A stretch of DNA of 63,493 nt, counting the filler, from Octopus bimaculoides (Eukaryota), in assembly GCF_001194135.2 (NCBI RefSeq). It is 8 parts of 6 records of this genome, joined end to end, with 100 filler letters (N's around TTAATTAATTAA, not from the genome) between each part and the next. Parts side by side here need not be neighbours in the genome. Positions count along the whole stretch, not along the records: positions 1 to 31,596 come from NC_068983.1; 7 more parts are not named here. The stretch is one strand, 5' to 3'. Positions 1 through 11,924 of the stretch are shown one piece after another. The position numbers and the translations under genes were made by a program. Positions within the stretch are counted from its first letter, which is position 1; every line of letters begins with the position of its first letter. The notes beneath the pieces are model-generated. The model searched no databases. It was not told the DNA's origin and worked only from the letters and a program-made list of their open reading frames with translations.

Positions 1-32
<32 letters not shown>

Positions 33-490
33 AACTATTGAATTAGATTCATTTCTTTGTTTCATTTGTAGTATTTCAAGTAAAAACAAGTGACAACTTT
101 GACTTTCAATACCTTCTTCCCATTCTCACTGGGAAAGAAAACAACAATAAAGCCAAAACAAAACAAACAAAAACAACAACTACAAAAACTTTTGTTTTTC
201 ACCCTTTCAGCTGGAAACCTCTAGACTGTTATCATGCAATAAAAAATAGCAAAAAATAAAGAATAGTATCCAATAGATTGCTATAAATAGTTGGTTTTGC
301 TTGGAAAATGGTACAAATGAATCCATGGCAGTTTAGGTGGTGCAACAGAAGTAATAATAATAACAATTGTAAGAGTTCAACTAAATATGTTGTTATATTA
401 AATCTCACTTAAATGACAACATATAAAATGTAGGCTATGATTATAGTACATGTGACATGAATATAAAGAATGTTAACAACAACAACAATA

Positions 491-1170
491 ATCCTTTCTA
501 CTGGAAGCACAAGGCCTCAAATTTGGGGGAAGGGATTAAGGCGGTCACATTGAACCCAGTGCGTAACTGGTACTTATTTAATCAACTCTGAAAGGATGAA
601 AGACGAAGTCAACCCTGGTGGAATTTGAACTCAGAACATAGCGACAGGCAAAATACTAAGTATTTTGTCCAGTGTGTTAACGATTCTGCCAGCTCACCAC
701 CTTAATAATAATAATAATAATAATAATCCTTTCTACTAAAGGCACAAGGCCTGAATTTTGGAGGTAGGGGACTAGTTGATTACATTGACCCTAGTGTTTC
801 ACTGGTACTTAATTTATCGATGCTGAAAGGATGAAAAGCAAAGTCGACCCCAGAGGAACCTGAACTCAGAATGTAAAGATGGACAAACTGCTTAGCAGCA
901 TTTTGTCCAGCGTGCTAACAATTCTGCCAGCTCATCACCTTAATAATAATAATGATAATAATAATAATTTTTGCCACAAGGGCAGCTTGGGGGAGGTGGG
1001 GATGAGTCAATTACATTGACCCGAGTGTTCAACTGGTACTTACTTTATTGACCCCCAAAAGGATGAAAGGCAAAGATGACCTTGGCAGAATTTGAACTCA
1101 GAATGTAGCGGCAGGCAAAATACCGCTAAGCATATTGTCCAGTGAGTTACCGATTCTGTCAGCTCACCGC
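491..1170 (-). mobile_element. Three head-to-tail ~210-bp tRNA-derived SINE copies (491-703, 726-941, 968-1170) separated by (AAT)n
   Basis: On the minus strand each has A-box-like TGGCAGAATNGTT, B-box GAGTTCAAATT, a GCC/TTTTCATCCTTT..GGGGTCGATAAA core resembling Deu/Nin-type SINE domains, and an (ATT)n tail. Confidence 0.85.
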
Positions 1171-1490
1171 AAATAAACCAGCTGTTGTTGTGAATTCCGA
1201 AGAAAATAAAGTCTGTTAATTGATTGACATGAGCATACCTTGTGACCATAATATCTTGGCAAAAGAATCTGATAAGCTTAGAAAATATAAAGATTTGCTA
1301 ATTGACATTGAAAAGATGTGGCATTTCAAGGCAGTTACAATACTAGTGATTGTAGAAGCACTTGGAATGATCAAAAAAGAACTGAAAATTATTTAAGAAC
1401 GATCCCTGGCTTATCCTCCATGCAAGAAGTGTAAAAGATTATCTTGACTGGTATGTCAAACATACTGAGAAGAGCATTGTTGCTGTGGAT
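1171..1490 (+). mobile_element. Decayed C-terminal restriction-like endonuclease (RLE) domain of an R2/R4/Hero-type non-LTR retrotransposon
   Basis: Translates as NKPAVVVNSEENKVC*LIDMSIPCDHNILAKESDKLRKYKDLLIDIEKMWHFKAVTILVIVEALGMIKK, with stops and a frameshift. Matches the KPD..(L)ID...P and KY..L..EI..MW pattern of RLE domains. Confidence 0.8.
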
Positions 1491-1722
1491 TTTCTTTCCT
1501 TTTTTCTCCTTTATTTTTTTGGCTTTATTTTTTAATTTTTTTTTGCCTTTTTCTGTCTATCTTTCTTCCCCTTTTCTCTATCACATGACTTCATAAAAGA
1601 ACAATCTGGGGTGGTTATTTTAATGGCCTACCAATGTATACAGTAAGTTTCTCTGTCCTATGTGTCAGGAAGACAGCAAGAAATGGAAACAGAATTAAAA
1701 GAAGATGATAATGATAATAATA

Positions 1723-1924
1723 ATGGTTTCAAATTTTGGCACAAGGTCAGCAAGTTAATTACATTGACCCTAATACTCAACTGGTACTTATTTTATTGAC
1801 CCTGAAAGGATGAAAAACAAAGTCGACCTCAGCAGAATTTGAACTCAGATCGATCATACAGATGGATGAAATGCTACTAAGCATTTTGCCCAGCACAGTA
1901 ATGTTTCTGCCATCTCACCACCTT
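1723..1924 (-). mobile_element. tRNA-derived SINE, same family as 491-703
   Basis: Same A/B boxes and core; flanked by AAT tracts. Confidence 0.8.
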
Positions 1925-1943
1925 AATAATAATAATAATAATG

Positions 1944-1986
<43 letters not shown>

Positions 1987-1988
<2 letters not shown>

Positions 1989-2283
1989 GGAAATAGAGAT
2001 AACTCGAATGTGGAATCTAAAAACAGAAACAATTCCTATCATAGTAGGTGCCTTAGGTATAATAAAAAAATATTCAGACAAATACATAACAAAAACACCA
2101 GGACTTACAAATATATATAACATACAGAAAATTGCACTACTGGGTACTGCACACATTCTACGCAAAACACTTTCAATACAGTAAACATAAGAGCACCACA
2201 GCAAACCACAGCACATACCCAAGGCGCACAGAGCTGCGCTCGGTAGTGAAGTGAAAGCATGTTATAAAAATAAAACTACTGAA
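1987..2283 (+). mobile_element. Well-preserved 3' end of an RLE-type non-LTR retrotransposon with (AAT)n tail
   Basis: EITRMWNLKTETIPIIVGALGIIKKYSDKYITKTPGLTNIYNIQKIALLGTAHILRKTLSIQ*, then a 3' UTR and (AAT)n. The same 3' UTR recurs reversed at ~53226-53300. Confidence 0.85.
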
Positions 2284-2303
2284 TAATAATAATAATAATA
2301 ATA

Positions 2304-2743
2304 ATGGTTTCAAATTTTGCCACAATCGCAGCCATTTTGAGGGAGAGGGGATGAGTCAATTACATTGACCCCAGTGTTTCAATGGTACTTAATTTATCAA
2401 CCTTGAAAGGATGTCAGGCAAAGCTGACCTCAGCAGAATTTGAACTCAGAACATAGCAGTAGACAAAATACCGCTAAGCATTTCACCTGGTGTGCTAATG
2501 ATACTCAAGCTCACTGCCTTAATAATAATCCTTTCTACTAAAAGCACAAGGCCTGAAATTTGGTGGGAGGGGACTAGCTGATTACATCGACCCCAGTGTT
2601 TCACTGGTACTTATTTCATCAACCTCAAAAAGATAAAAAGCAAAGTAGACATTGGGAGAATTTGAACTCAGAACGTAAGGACAGACGAAATGTCACTGAG
2701 CATTTTGCTTGGCATGCTAACAATTTTACCAGCTCGCCACCTT
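2304..2743 (-). mobile_element. Two more tandem SINE copies (2304-2520, 2528-2743)
   Basis: Same family consensus, joined by AATAATAAT. Confidence 0.8.
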
Positions 2744-3029
2744 AATAATGATAATAATAATAACAATGACCTTTTCATTATTGGTCATAAGGGTTGAATA
2801 CAAAACAAATAGGGATGATACAACAGGACGGACAAGTGGGATGAAGCACTATATTCATGTACAAAATAACAACAAAACTTCATCATCATCATCATCATCA
2901 TTTAACGTCCGCTTTCCATGCTAGCATGGGTTGGACGATTTGACTGAGGACTGGTGAAACCGGATGGCAACATCAGGCTCCAATCTGATTTGGCAGAGTT
3001 TCTACAGCTGGATGCCCTTTCCCCAAAAG

Positions 3030-3805
3030 GTGTGAGTTCCTCACAGGGCTAACCAAGGAACCTTACACATCGTGGTCAGCCTGACCACGAAGGGCACCTC
3101 ATTCCTCAACTCCTCTGGCCTACAAGTGCTTGTTCAGAGTAAATCCATTCACATGGGCCATCCCTACCACATTCATCCACCGTTCAACAAAAATACTGGG
3201 AGGCAGCAGTTCCCTCTCCACCCTCACTATCCTCTTCAAGTGGAAAAAGTCAATGAAGGCTTGGACAAAGAGGAAAATATTTGTCTTCAGTCTTTCAATC
3301 TTGTCCACCACAGTACCTCTTTTGCTATAGCCATCAGGCAGAGGAAAACTGTCTTTCTTTCCCGGCCAAAAGAAGGTGGCAGCGTAATCTACACAATGGA
3401 CTCGGTTGATAATTGGATCTGTCCTATATGTGTCAACAGTTATTTGACAAAGCTCTGCAAGTCAGCAATGCCCGGATACTGGACAAGTGCATGCAGCTTT
3501 GTTACCCTGTGCACATCTTGGATAGGTCTGTCTGATGGCATTTCTGTGTCTGTAGAACTTGTCTTGAACTGGCAGAGCTCCCTGGTAGCACTGCCTGGCC
3601 AATGATTTCTGGAATTTTTCCATAGGCCCTGGCCCAAATGTCCTCCAGAAAAGAACAACAAGTTAACCCTCCCAATGCCCAGAGTTTCCCCAAGAACACC
3701 ACTGCTCTTGCCCATCACCAATTCCCTACAGAACTTCAATGTGGGACTCCCACTGACTGCATTGCCGTCTTGACAGAGGGCTGTGAGCACTTGCCAACAC
3801 TCCAG
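3030..3805 (-). mobile_element. Decayed L1/Tx1-type LINE ORF2 C-terminal fragment
   Basis: Minus strand ...ARQCYQGALPVQDKFYRH resembles the zf-RVT LAW..LP motif; downstream FIDFFHLKRIVRVERELLPPSIFVERWMNV; frameshifted. Confidence 0.6.
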
Positions 3806-3811
3806 ATGATA

Positions 3812-4031
3812 ATGGCTTCAAATTTTAGTACAAGGCCAGTAAGTTCAGGAGAAGGAATAAGTTGATTACATTAACCCCAGTATTCAACTGGTACTTATTT
3901 TATCAACCCCAAAAGGTTGAAAGGCAAAATCAACCTCGGCAGAATTTGAATCCAAATTGATCATAAAGATGGATGAAATGCCACTAAGCATTTTGCCCAT
4001 CACAGTAATGAGTCTGTCAGCTTACCACCTT
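3812..4031 (-). mobile_element. tRNA-derived SINE, same family as 491-703
   Basis: Same core and B-box; followed by (GAT)n. Confidence 0.75.
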
Positions 4032-4047
4032 GATGATGATGATGATA

Positions 4048-4078
<31 letters not shown>

Positions 4079-4124
4079 CAACAATGACAATATTGACAAT
4101 AATGATTCAAAGAAAGATATTTGC

Positions 4125-4510
4125 ATTGCAGCCGTATGGTTTCAGGTTCAGTCTCACTGTGCAGCACCTTGGAAAGTGTCTTCCTCTATAGCCTTGGACT
4201 AACCAATGCCTTGTGAGTGAATTTGGTAGATGGAAACTGTGTGGTGGAAGTTGTCTATATATGTATATGCATGTATGTGTGTGTGTGTGGGGGTTATGTC
4301 TGTGTCTTTGTGCATGTTCCTTTGTACCACTTGACAATTTGTGTTGGTTTGTTTACATTCCTGTAACTTAACAGTTCAACAAAAGAAACTGACAGGATAA
4401 GTACTAGCTCTTAAAAATAAATATTGGGGCTGGTTTGCTTGACTAGATTCTTCAAGGAGGCACCCTAGCATGGCTGCAGTCTAATGACTAAAACAAGTAA
4501 AAGATAAAAG
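4125..4510 (+). mobile_element. CORE-like tRNA-derived SINE
   Basis: GGTTCAGTCTCACTGTGCAGCACCTTGGAAAGTGTCTT resembles the CORE CCTTGGGCAAGT motif, with an internal (GT)n. Further copies at ~6950-7335(-), 9360-9760(-), 10720-11110(-), 29420-29760, 45925-46075(+), 47718-47880(+). Confidence 0.7.
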
Positions 4511-5058
4511 ACAAACTGTAAATCTGGTTGCTGTGTTAATGTTGCTATTGTCATCCTAGTCATTATCATCTTCATTGTTGCTTTACATTCCCTTTCCATG
4601 CTGATATGTGCTGGATGTGTCAGTTCTTATTCAAAGCTATTGTCTTCCAACACAAGTCAAGGGACAATGCTTTGCACACGCATGTAAATTCTGGTATGGT
4701 TTCTACAGTTTGAAGCCCTTCCCAACACTGACCACTTTACAGAATGTACTGGGTATATTCTTTCTGCATTAGAGAGATTGCTATGTTATCAAGAAGACAA
4801 GACTCAGGATCCTCTCAATCTTACATTCTTGCCATTTCTTCACCTATCATTTTACTTTTCTAAAGCAGAAGACATTTGTTGCCAGTTGAAGCAATAGCTT
4901 CCTGAACTTTTTCCAACATGATCTTACTCTGGTCACTGCTAATTAGATCATCTCATTTACAGAAGCTATCAACTGCACTTAAAAATCCACCAAGGTATTT
5001 GTGAGAATCTGTTTCATGTGTGCTCTTAGTGTATATTGCCCCTGTGTGCTTGCCATAT

Positions 5059-5440
5059 GTGGAGGCGCAATGGCCCAGTGGTTAGGGCAGTGGACTCACA
5101 GTCATAGGATCGTGGTTTCGATTCCCAGACCAGGCGTTGTGAGTGTTAATTGAGCAAAAACACCTAAAGCTCCATGAGGTTCAGGCAGGGGATGGTGGCG
5201 AACTCTGATGTACTCATTCACCACAACTTTCTCTCACTCTTACTTCCTGTTTCTGTTGTGCCTGTAATTCAAAGGGTCAGCCTTGTCACACTGTGTCACG
5301 CTGAATATCCCCAAGAACTATGTTAAGGGTACACGTGTCTGTGGAGTGCTCAGCCACTTGCACGTTAATTTCACGAGCAGGCTGTTCCATTGATTGGATC
5401 AACTGGAACCCTCGATGTCATAAGCAACGGAGTGCCAACA
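5059..5440 (+). mobile_element. Full-length ~380-bp tRNA-derived SINE (second family)
   Basis: A-box TGGCCCAGTGG, B-box GTTTCGATTCCC, ends GGAGTGCCAACA. Imperfect TSD TTGCCA(C)ATATG. Near-identical to 32345-32737. Confidence 0.85.
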
Positions 5441-5444
5441 AGTT

Positions 5445-5870
5445 TGCCACATATGAAGTCTATCATCTCTATTATTCTGCATATAATCCTTCTAGACTGT
5501 TTAAGTGTCCATTTTTGACACTGAGCATGCTGGTGGAGTATCTGTCAATTTTTCTGCATACTGAGCATGGCCATTTCCTTGTTGATAACAGGGTCCTGTC
5601 TTCTATCCTGCTTAGTAAAACTTTAGTCTTAGATAAGGTCATTTTAAGGCCTTTCATTTCCAGGCCTTTAAGATTCTAAGTGTGGAATTTCTTCTCAAAG
5701 ATCTATAGATTCTGCTATAAGAACAAGTTCATCTGCATACAAAAGTTCAAATGGGCTCCCAGTCTTGAATTTCTCAGCTAGAACTTGGCAAACAGTAACA
5801 AGCAGGAGTGAAACTGAAAATTCAGCCTCAATGAACCCCAAACTGAATGGTAAATCTGTCGAGCTCATTG
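5445..5870 (-). mobile_element. Decayed RTE-clade LINE RT fragment
   Basis: KGLKMTLSKTKVLLSR..KWPCSVCRK, homologous to the element at 12395-13740. Confidence 0.65.
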
Positions 5871-5894
5871 CTGATTCTCACTTTATCTCTCTCC

Positions 5895-5935
<41 letters not shown>

Positions 5936-6568
5936 GCCAAATATCTGCCACTAGCAGGCTGCCACCAATTGCCGCCACCACCACTGCCACCTTCAACATT
6001 TTTAGGACTAATTTTCCATGCTTGCATGGATCAGATGGAATTTCTCTATATATAACAGATGGAATTTGTTGAGGCAGATTTTCTATGGCCAAATGCTCTT
6101 CCTGTTGCCAACCCTCAACTGTTTCCAAACAAGGTAATGTCTTCCCATTGTCAGACATTTTGATGGAAGGCTGGGAATGAAGGACACTGCTTGTATGATA
6201 ACTTATTTACAATTACCGTACAATGTCAAAATAAAGAGACACAAATGCACAAACACAAACATAGGTTGGGCTCCTTTCAGTTTCCACTGACCACATCCAC
6301 TCACAAAACTTTATTCAATTCAGGGCTGTAGTAGAAGACACTTGGCAAAATGCCACACAGTGGGATTGAACTGGAAATCATGTAGTTGGGAAGTGAATAG
6401 TCATACCTGAAACTACATACACACACACACAAATACACAAATACATTCACAGACAAATATTTTCTATGTGCAGGTGTGTGTCTATGTGTGTGTATGTATG
6501 TATGTATGTGCGTGTGTGTTTGTATAGAGTGTTAGAGTATCCTCATAAAAAATACAAGACCTACAAAC

Positions 6569-6645
6569 CTGCTTCATACAGGGAGAATTTGCAGCCAGTA
6601 AATAACCCCATGGAAAATATAGATTTATTCTTGGGTGTAGCAAAC
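6569..6645 (-). CDS. Unknown-gene exon D: (W)FATPKNKSIFSMGLFTGCKFSLYEA
   Basis: Acceptor ttgttcag; starts in phase 2, completing TG+G=W from exon C. Donor GTTTGT (alternative GTAGGT 4 nt further). Confidence 0.6.
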
Positions 6646-7875
6646 CTGAACAACTGCGGCAGTATACAATTGCACTATTCATGAAAGTGGACAATAATGG
6701 AGCTATACAATTTAATGCATAATGAAAAATAATTCACACTTTCTTTTTATCATCCAAGTAAGAATGTTATTATTGAAGTGAGTATTGAGATTTAATAGAA
6801 AGAATATGAGATGAGAAAAAGCCTCAATGTGGTCATCTCATCTTCTAAAAATAGCAGCCAAGTTTCACTCAAATTACACCTAAATGTCTTAAAAGGGAAA
6901 AGAGACAAATATATATATCCAAGATAATACTATCCTGGACATCTTTCCTTTTATCTTTTTCATGTTTCAGTCATTAGACTGTGGCCAAGCTGGGGCAGTG
7001 CCTTGAAGAACTTTTAGTTGAATTAACCAACTCCCGTTTGTATCTTGTTAAGCCTAGTACATATTCTGTTGATCTCTCTTGCCAAACAACTAAGTTATGG
7101 GGACATAAACACACCAACACCAGTTACCATGCAGTAGTGGGGAGGTCAAACACATACACAAAAACATATACACATTGATATATATATTTATATACGACAG
7201 GCTTCTTTCAGTTTCCATCTACCAAATTCATTCACAAAGCTTTAGTCAGCCCGATGTTATAGTAGAAGACACTTGCCCAAAGTGCCATGCAATGGGACTG
7301 AGCCCAGAACCATGTGGTTGGGAAGCAAGCTTTTTACCACACAGCCATACCTTCACTTATTATCATCATCATTTTAATCTCCACTTTTCCATGCTTGTAT
7401 GGGTAGGACAGAATTTGTTGAGGCAGATTTTTTATGGTTAATTACCCTTTCTGTTACCATCCCTTAACTGTTTCTAAATAAGGTGACATTTCTCCATGGC
7501 TGGACAAGTTTTCATGGAAGATTGGAAATGAATGACACTGCTTGCATGACAGTAACACCTGTTTACAACTGTCATGTAATGCCAACACAAGGAGACATGT
7601 GCACACAGACACACATACAAATACATACACACCCACTCACGCTCATGCATGCATTCATACATACATGATGAGTTCTTTCAATTTTTGTCTATCAAATCCA
7701 CTCTCAAGGCTTTGGTCAATCCGAGAATATAGTGGAAGACACTTGCTGGAGATGTCACACAGCTAGACTGAACCTCAGACCACATGGTTGGGAAGCAAAT
7801 GTCTTAATTACACAGCCATATCTATACCTGGATACATTACACCTAAAACAGTTTTATATCTAATGTGCATGTATG

Positions 7876-7908
<33 letters not shown>

Positions 7909-8120
7909 GATTGTGATTGACAAAAAATAGCCTATTCAGTGAGGCATAACCTGGGATTAAAGGACAACAACTGATTTTCTATTTACTTTCTGTTTATATC
8001 TCCAGGTGCATTGAAATTTAGAAAAAAATATTTTACAGTTGTGTTCAAGGGGAAAATGTTTGCTCATTGCCTGCTTTCAGTAAATATCCAAATTAGTGAT
8101 GTGAAGGCAGTAAACCATAC

Positions 8121-8185
8121 CATATTTCAGAAAAATACTCTCTAATAAGACATCTTAGGGCTTGGTTCTGTGGATCATAATCCAG
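8121..8185 (-). CDS. Unknown-gene exon C: LDYDPQNQALRCLIREYFSEI(W)
   Basis: Acceptor catctag, donor GTATGG; phase 0 to 2, matching both neighbours. Confidence 0.65.
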
Positions 8186-8521
8186 CTAGATGTCAGCCAT
8201 TGGAAATTGATTTAGAATAATACTCAGTTGATGATGGTGTATTAACAGAGTCATTAGAACATTCGATAAAACAGCTGTGACATGTAGTTATGATCATTTA
8301 CATTCTAAGTTCAAATCCTGCTGAGGTCATCTGTATGTTTTATCCTTTCACAATTGATAAAATAAAGTACTTGTTAAGTGCTAGGAGATCCTATATAGTA
8401 GTAAATTTTCAACCTTTTTTCCTCTCATATACAGGAGCTAAATGTGTTACAGAATACCTAATAGGGACTCCACTGGTCAAGGCTGACCATAAATGTGCAT
8501 ATATATGAGCAAGTCAGGGCA

Positions 8522-8553
<32 letters not shown>

Positions 8554-10020
8554 NNNNNNNNNNNNNNNNNNNNNNNNNNNNNNNNNNNNNNNNNNNNNNN
8601 NNNNNNNNNNNNNNNNNNNNNNNNNNNNNNNNNNNNNNNNNNNNNNNNNNNNNNNNNNNNNNNNNNNNNNNNNNNNNNNNNNNNNNNNNNNNNNNNNNNN
8701 NNNNNNNNNNNNNNNNNNNNNNNNNNNNNNNNNNNNNNNNNNNNNNNNNNNNNNNNNNNNNNNNNNNNNNNNNNNNNNNNNNNNNNNNNNNNNNNNNNNN
8801 NNNNNNNNNNNNNNNNNNNNNNNNNNNNNNNNNNNNNNNNNNNNNNNNNNNNNNNNNNNNNNNNNNNNNNNNNNNNNNNNNNNNNNNNNNNNNNNNNNNN
8901 NNNNNNNNNNNNNNNNNNNNNNNNNNNNNNNNNNNNNNNNNNNNNNNNNNNNNNNNNNNNNNNNNNNNNNNNNNNNNNNNNNNNNNNNNNNNNNNNNNNN
9001 NNNNNNNNNNNNNNNNNNNNNNNNNNNNNNNNNNNNNNNNNNNNNNNNNNNNNNNNNNNNNNNNNNNNNNNNNNNNNNNNNNNNNNNNNNNNNNNNNNNN
9101 NNNNNNNNNNNNNNNNNNNNNNNNNNNNNNNNNNNNNNNNNNNNNNNNNNNNNNNNNNNNNNNNNNNNNNNNNNNNNNNNNNNNNNNNNNNNNNNNNNNN
9201 NNNNNNNNNNNNNNNNNNNNNNNNNNNNNNNNNNNNNNNNNNNNNNNNNNNNNNNNNNNNNNNNNNNNNNNNNNNNNNNNNNNNNNNNNNNNNNNNNNNN
9301 NNNNNNCCATGAGACATCCTATCCAGTACTTTAACAATCCTGCCAAACCACTCAGCTTTCTTTTTCATTTTTTTCTTGTTTCAGTCATTAGACTGTGGCC
9401 ATGCTGGGGAACCACCTTGAAGAATTTTAGTTGAATGAATCAACCCTAGTATTTATTGTTTTTTTTTTTTTGTAAAGCATGGTTCTTATTTTATTGGTCT
9501 CATTTACTGAACCACTAAGATACAGGGATGTAGACACACTAACACTGGTTGTCAAATGTTGGTGGGGGGCAAACACATACACAAAGATACACACATACAC
9601 ACACACGGTGGGCTTTTTCAGTTTTCGTCTACCAAATCAACTTACAAGATTTTGGTCAGCCCAAAGCTATAGTTGAAGACACTTGCCCAAGGTGCCACAC
9701 AGTGAGACTGAACTCGGAACCATGCAGTTGGGAAGCAAGTATCTTACCACACAGTCAGGCCTGAAAAAGTTTTATTATATAAAAAGACGAGTATTAAGAG
9801 TGTTTTAAAATAGAGAAGATGACAACAGGGATTGGTGCAGTCTTCTGACTTTACAGTTCCTACAGTCTTCTGACTTCCCAGTTCCTATAGAACCATCCAA
9901 CTCATGCCAGCATGGAAAATGGACATTAAATGATGATGATGATATATGTGCATGTATTGGACTTTGCAGAGCATTAAAAACAATCTAGTTTTCTAAAAAT
10001 CCTAGCATTTTCCTACTCAC

Positions 10021-10066
10021 CTCAAAAGCTTGGTCACATTGGTTGAAAATGTCTAATACATAGTAT
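10021..10066 (-). CDS. Unknown-gene exon B: (K)YYVLDIFNQCDQAFE
   Basis: Acceptor catctcag, strong donor GAG|GTGAGT; phase 2 to 0. Confidence 0.7.
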
Positions 10067-10107
10067 CTGAGATGCAAATGGAATAACAGAAAACTGAGAC
10101 AAAGACT

Positions 10108-10325
10108 TTAAGCTTTTAACATTTAAACTGGCTCAAATATTCCACCTATTTTATGTTTAAACCAGCCAGATCCAGCCTCTCACACCTACCTAACAATTTC
10201 ATTCTAAAAATAAACAATAATATCATCGAAATCTTGAGGTCATGAGATAATGCATAATTAATTCAAAACAATGTGAATAAATGAGCATTTCACTTGACAG
10301 AGTAATCTGAGTGCCAGAAGGTTAA
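10108..10325. mobile_element. Degenerate piggyBac-like MITE
   Basis: TTAA at both ends; decayed terminal inverted repeats TTAAGCTTTTAACATT ... GCCAGAAGGTTAA. Confidence 0.5.
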
Positions 10326-10458
10326 GTGTGGAACTGTTCATATATCTAATGCCAGTTAGATGTTTTACATAACAGTTTGGTTAGGATAACATTTTCAGAA
10401 TTATCCAAGCCAACTTTGTAAAGAAATTAATCCAAGATGTGGAGAAAAAAAGCCAACA

Positions 10459-10491
<33 letters not shown>

Positions 10492-11866
10492 GACAGACAG
10501 ACAGAGAGAAAAAACAGTCTAGAATGAAAGCTGCAATTGACTGACATCAAAATTTAATGCTATGCCAGTATTCTCTTAAGTAGGTGAAAATCAAACAACT
10601 ACATCCTGTTGTATGTAGGTCAACAACATCTTAGTTTTTCAAGTATAGCAACAAATATAACAACTGTATATAGATTTAGAATAAATGAATGTAGTTGTCA
10701 AATTAAAACCAACTTCTCTTTTATTATTTGCTTGTTTTAGTCATTGGACTGCTACCATGCTGGGGCACTGCTTTGAAGGATTTAGTCAGATTGAGTCCAG
10801 TACTTGTTTTTAAAGTCTCATAGCTATTCAATCGGTCTCTTTTGTCCAACCAACACTGGTTAACAAGCTATGGTAGGGGACAAACACAACATAAACACAA
10901 AGAAAAACACATACATATATACATGAACACACACACACACATGCACCGCACACACATAACAGGCTTCTTTCAATTTCTGTCTACCACATCTACTCACAAG
11001 ATTTTGGTTGGCCTAGGGCTATAGTACAAGACACTTTCCCAAGGTGCCACACAGTGGGACTGAACCGAAGACCACATCGTTGGGAAGAAAACTTTTTACC
11101 TACAAATCCACACATACACCATTTTAACAATTCAAATGGAGAAACAAGTTATTCCATTCAACATTTGTTCCTTCATTCAAAATCCATTTTTCCATATTAA
11201 GGGGGTTTTTGGGGGCCACATAACTGAATACAGTTACAGCACTAACAGTTACTAGCACCATCACCTTTAGTATACACAAACTAGTGAGGGAATCTCAGTG
11301 TGTTTGCCTGACCTACAGGAGGTGGTGGCCAAGTTCCCCTTAAACCACACACCACTACCAACTGTAGCACCAGTATCAGCACCACCATCATTTTACATCA
11401 ACTTTTCCATGCTGGCAGGGGTTGGATGAGTTTTCTGAGGCAGTGTTTTATGGCCAGATGCCCTTCCTGTTACCAACCCTTTAGTCACCCTTTATTCTTT
11501 TATAACATGCAGGGATGCAGTGTTCCTATTCTAAAACTGAATTACATCATCTTAAAGGAAAAGAAGGACACACTGAATAATATAGTCCTGGATATATTGT
11601 TTGAATATAAGATGAGATCGTCATGGATGGAATACTTTGATTATAGGATTCCTTGATCAGAGCTTACGAGATGTTAAATATCAATCATGACCATTATATA
11701 TTCTTTTTGCAAAAAATTAATATTCTACAGTGATTCAGAAAGAATTTCTTTATCACTGTAGAATTCTATTTTCTTTTTGTTCCATTGACATAGCAATACT
11801 CTCGTCTATGAATTTTCTATTGTTGTATTACTCTCATCTAAACCAACTTGAAGTACCCCACCTTAC

Positions 11867-11924
11867 TTTCCTATCCTATTGACATTTGCTACTCCAGGCA
11901 TTAATTCAGTGGCATAACCAGGTT
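11867..11924 (-). CDS. Unknown-gene exon A: (E)PGYATELMPGVANVNRIG(K)
   Basis: Acceptor actttag, donor GTAAGG. Only one frame is open; phase 1 to 2. Confidence 0.65.

Noticed and set aside
3072-3605. 177-aa plus-strand ORF
   Set aside because: Antisense to a decayed L1/Tx1 fragment; no domain features.
5059-5135. tRNA-like heads of SINEs as tRNA genes
   Set aside because: They have A/B boxes but no closed cloverleaf, and continue into SINE bodies with TSDs.
8477-9434. Long ORFs full of X (also 14839-15295, 54393-54920, 61167-61599)
   Set aside because: Artefacts of translating N gaps.
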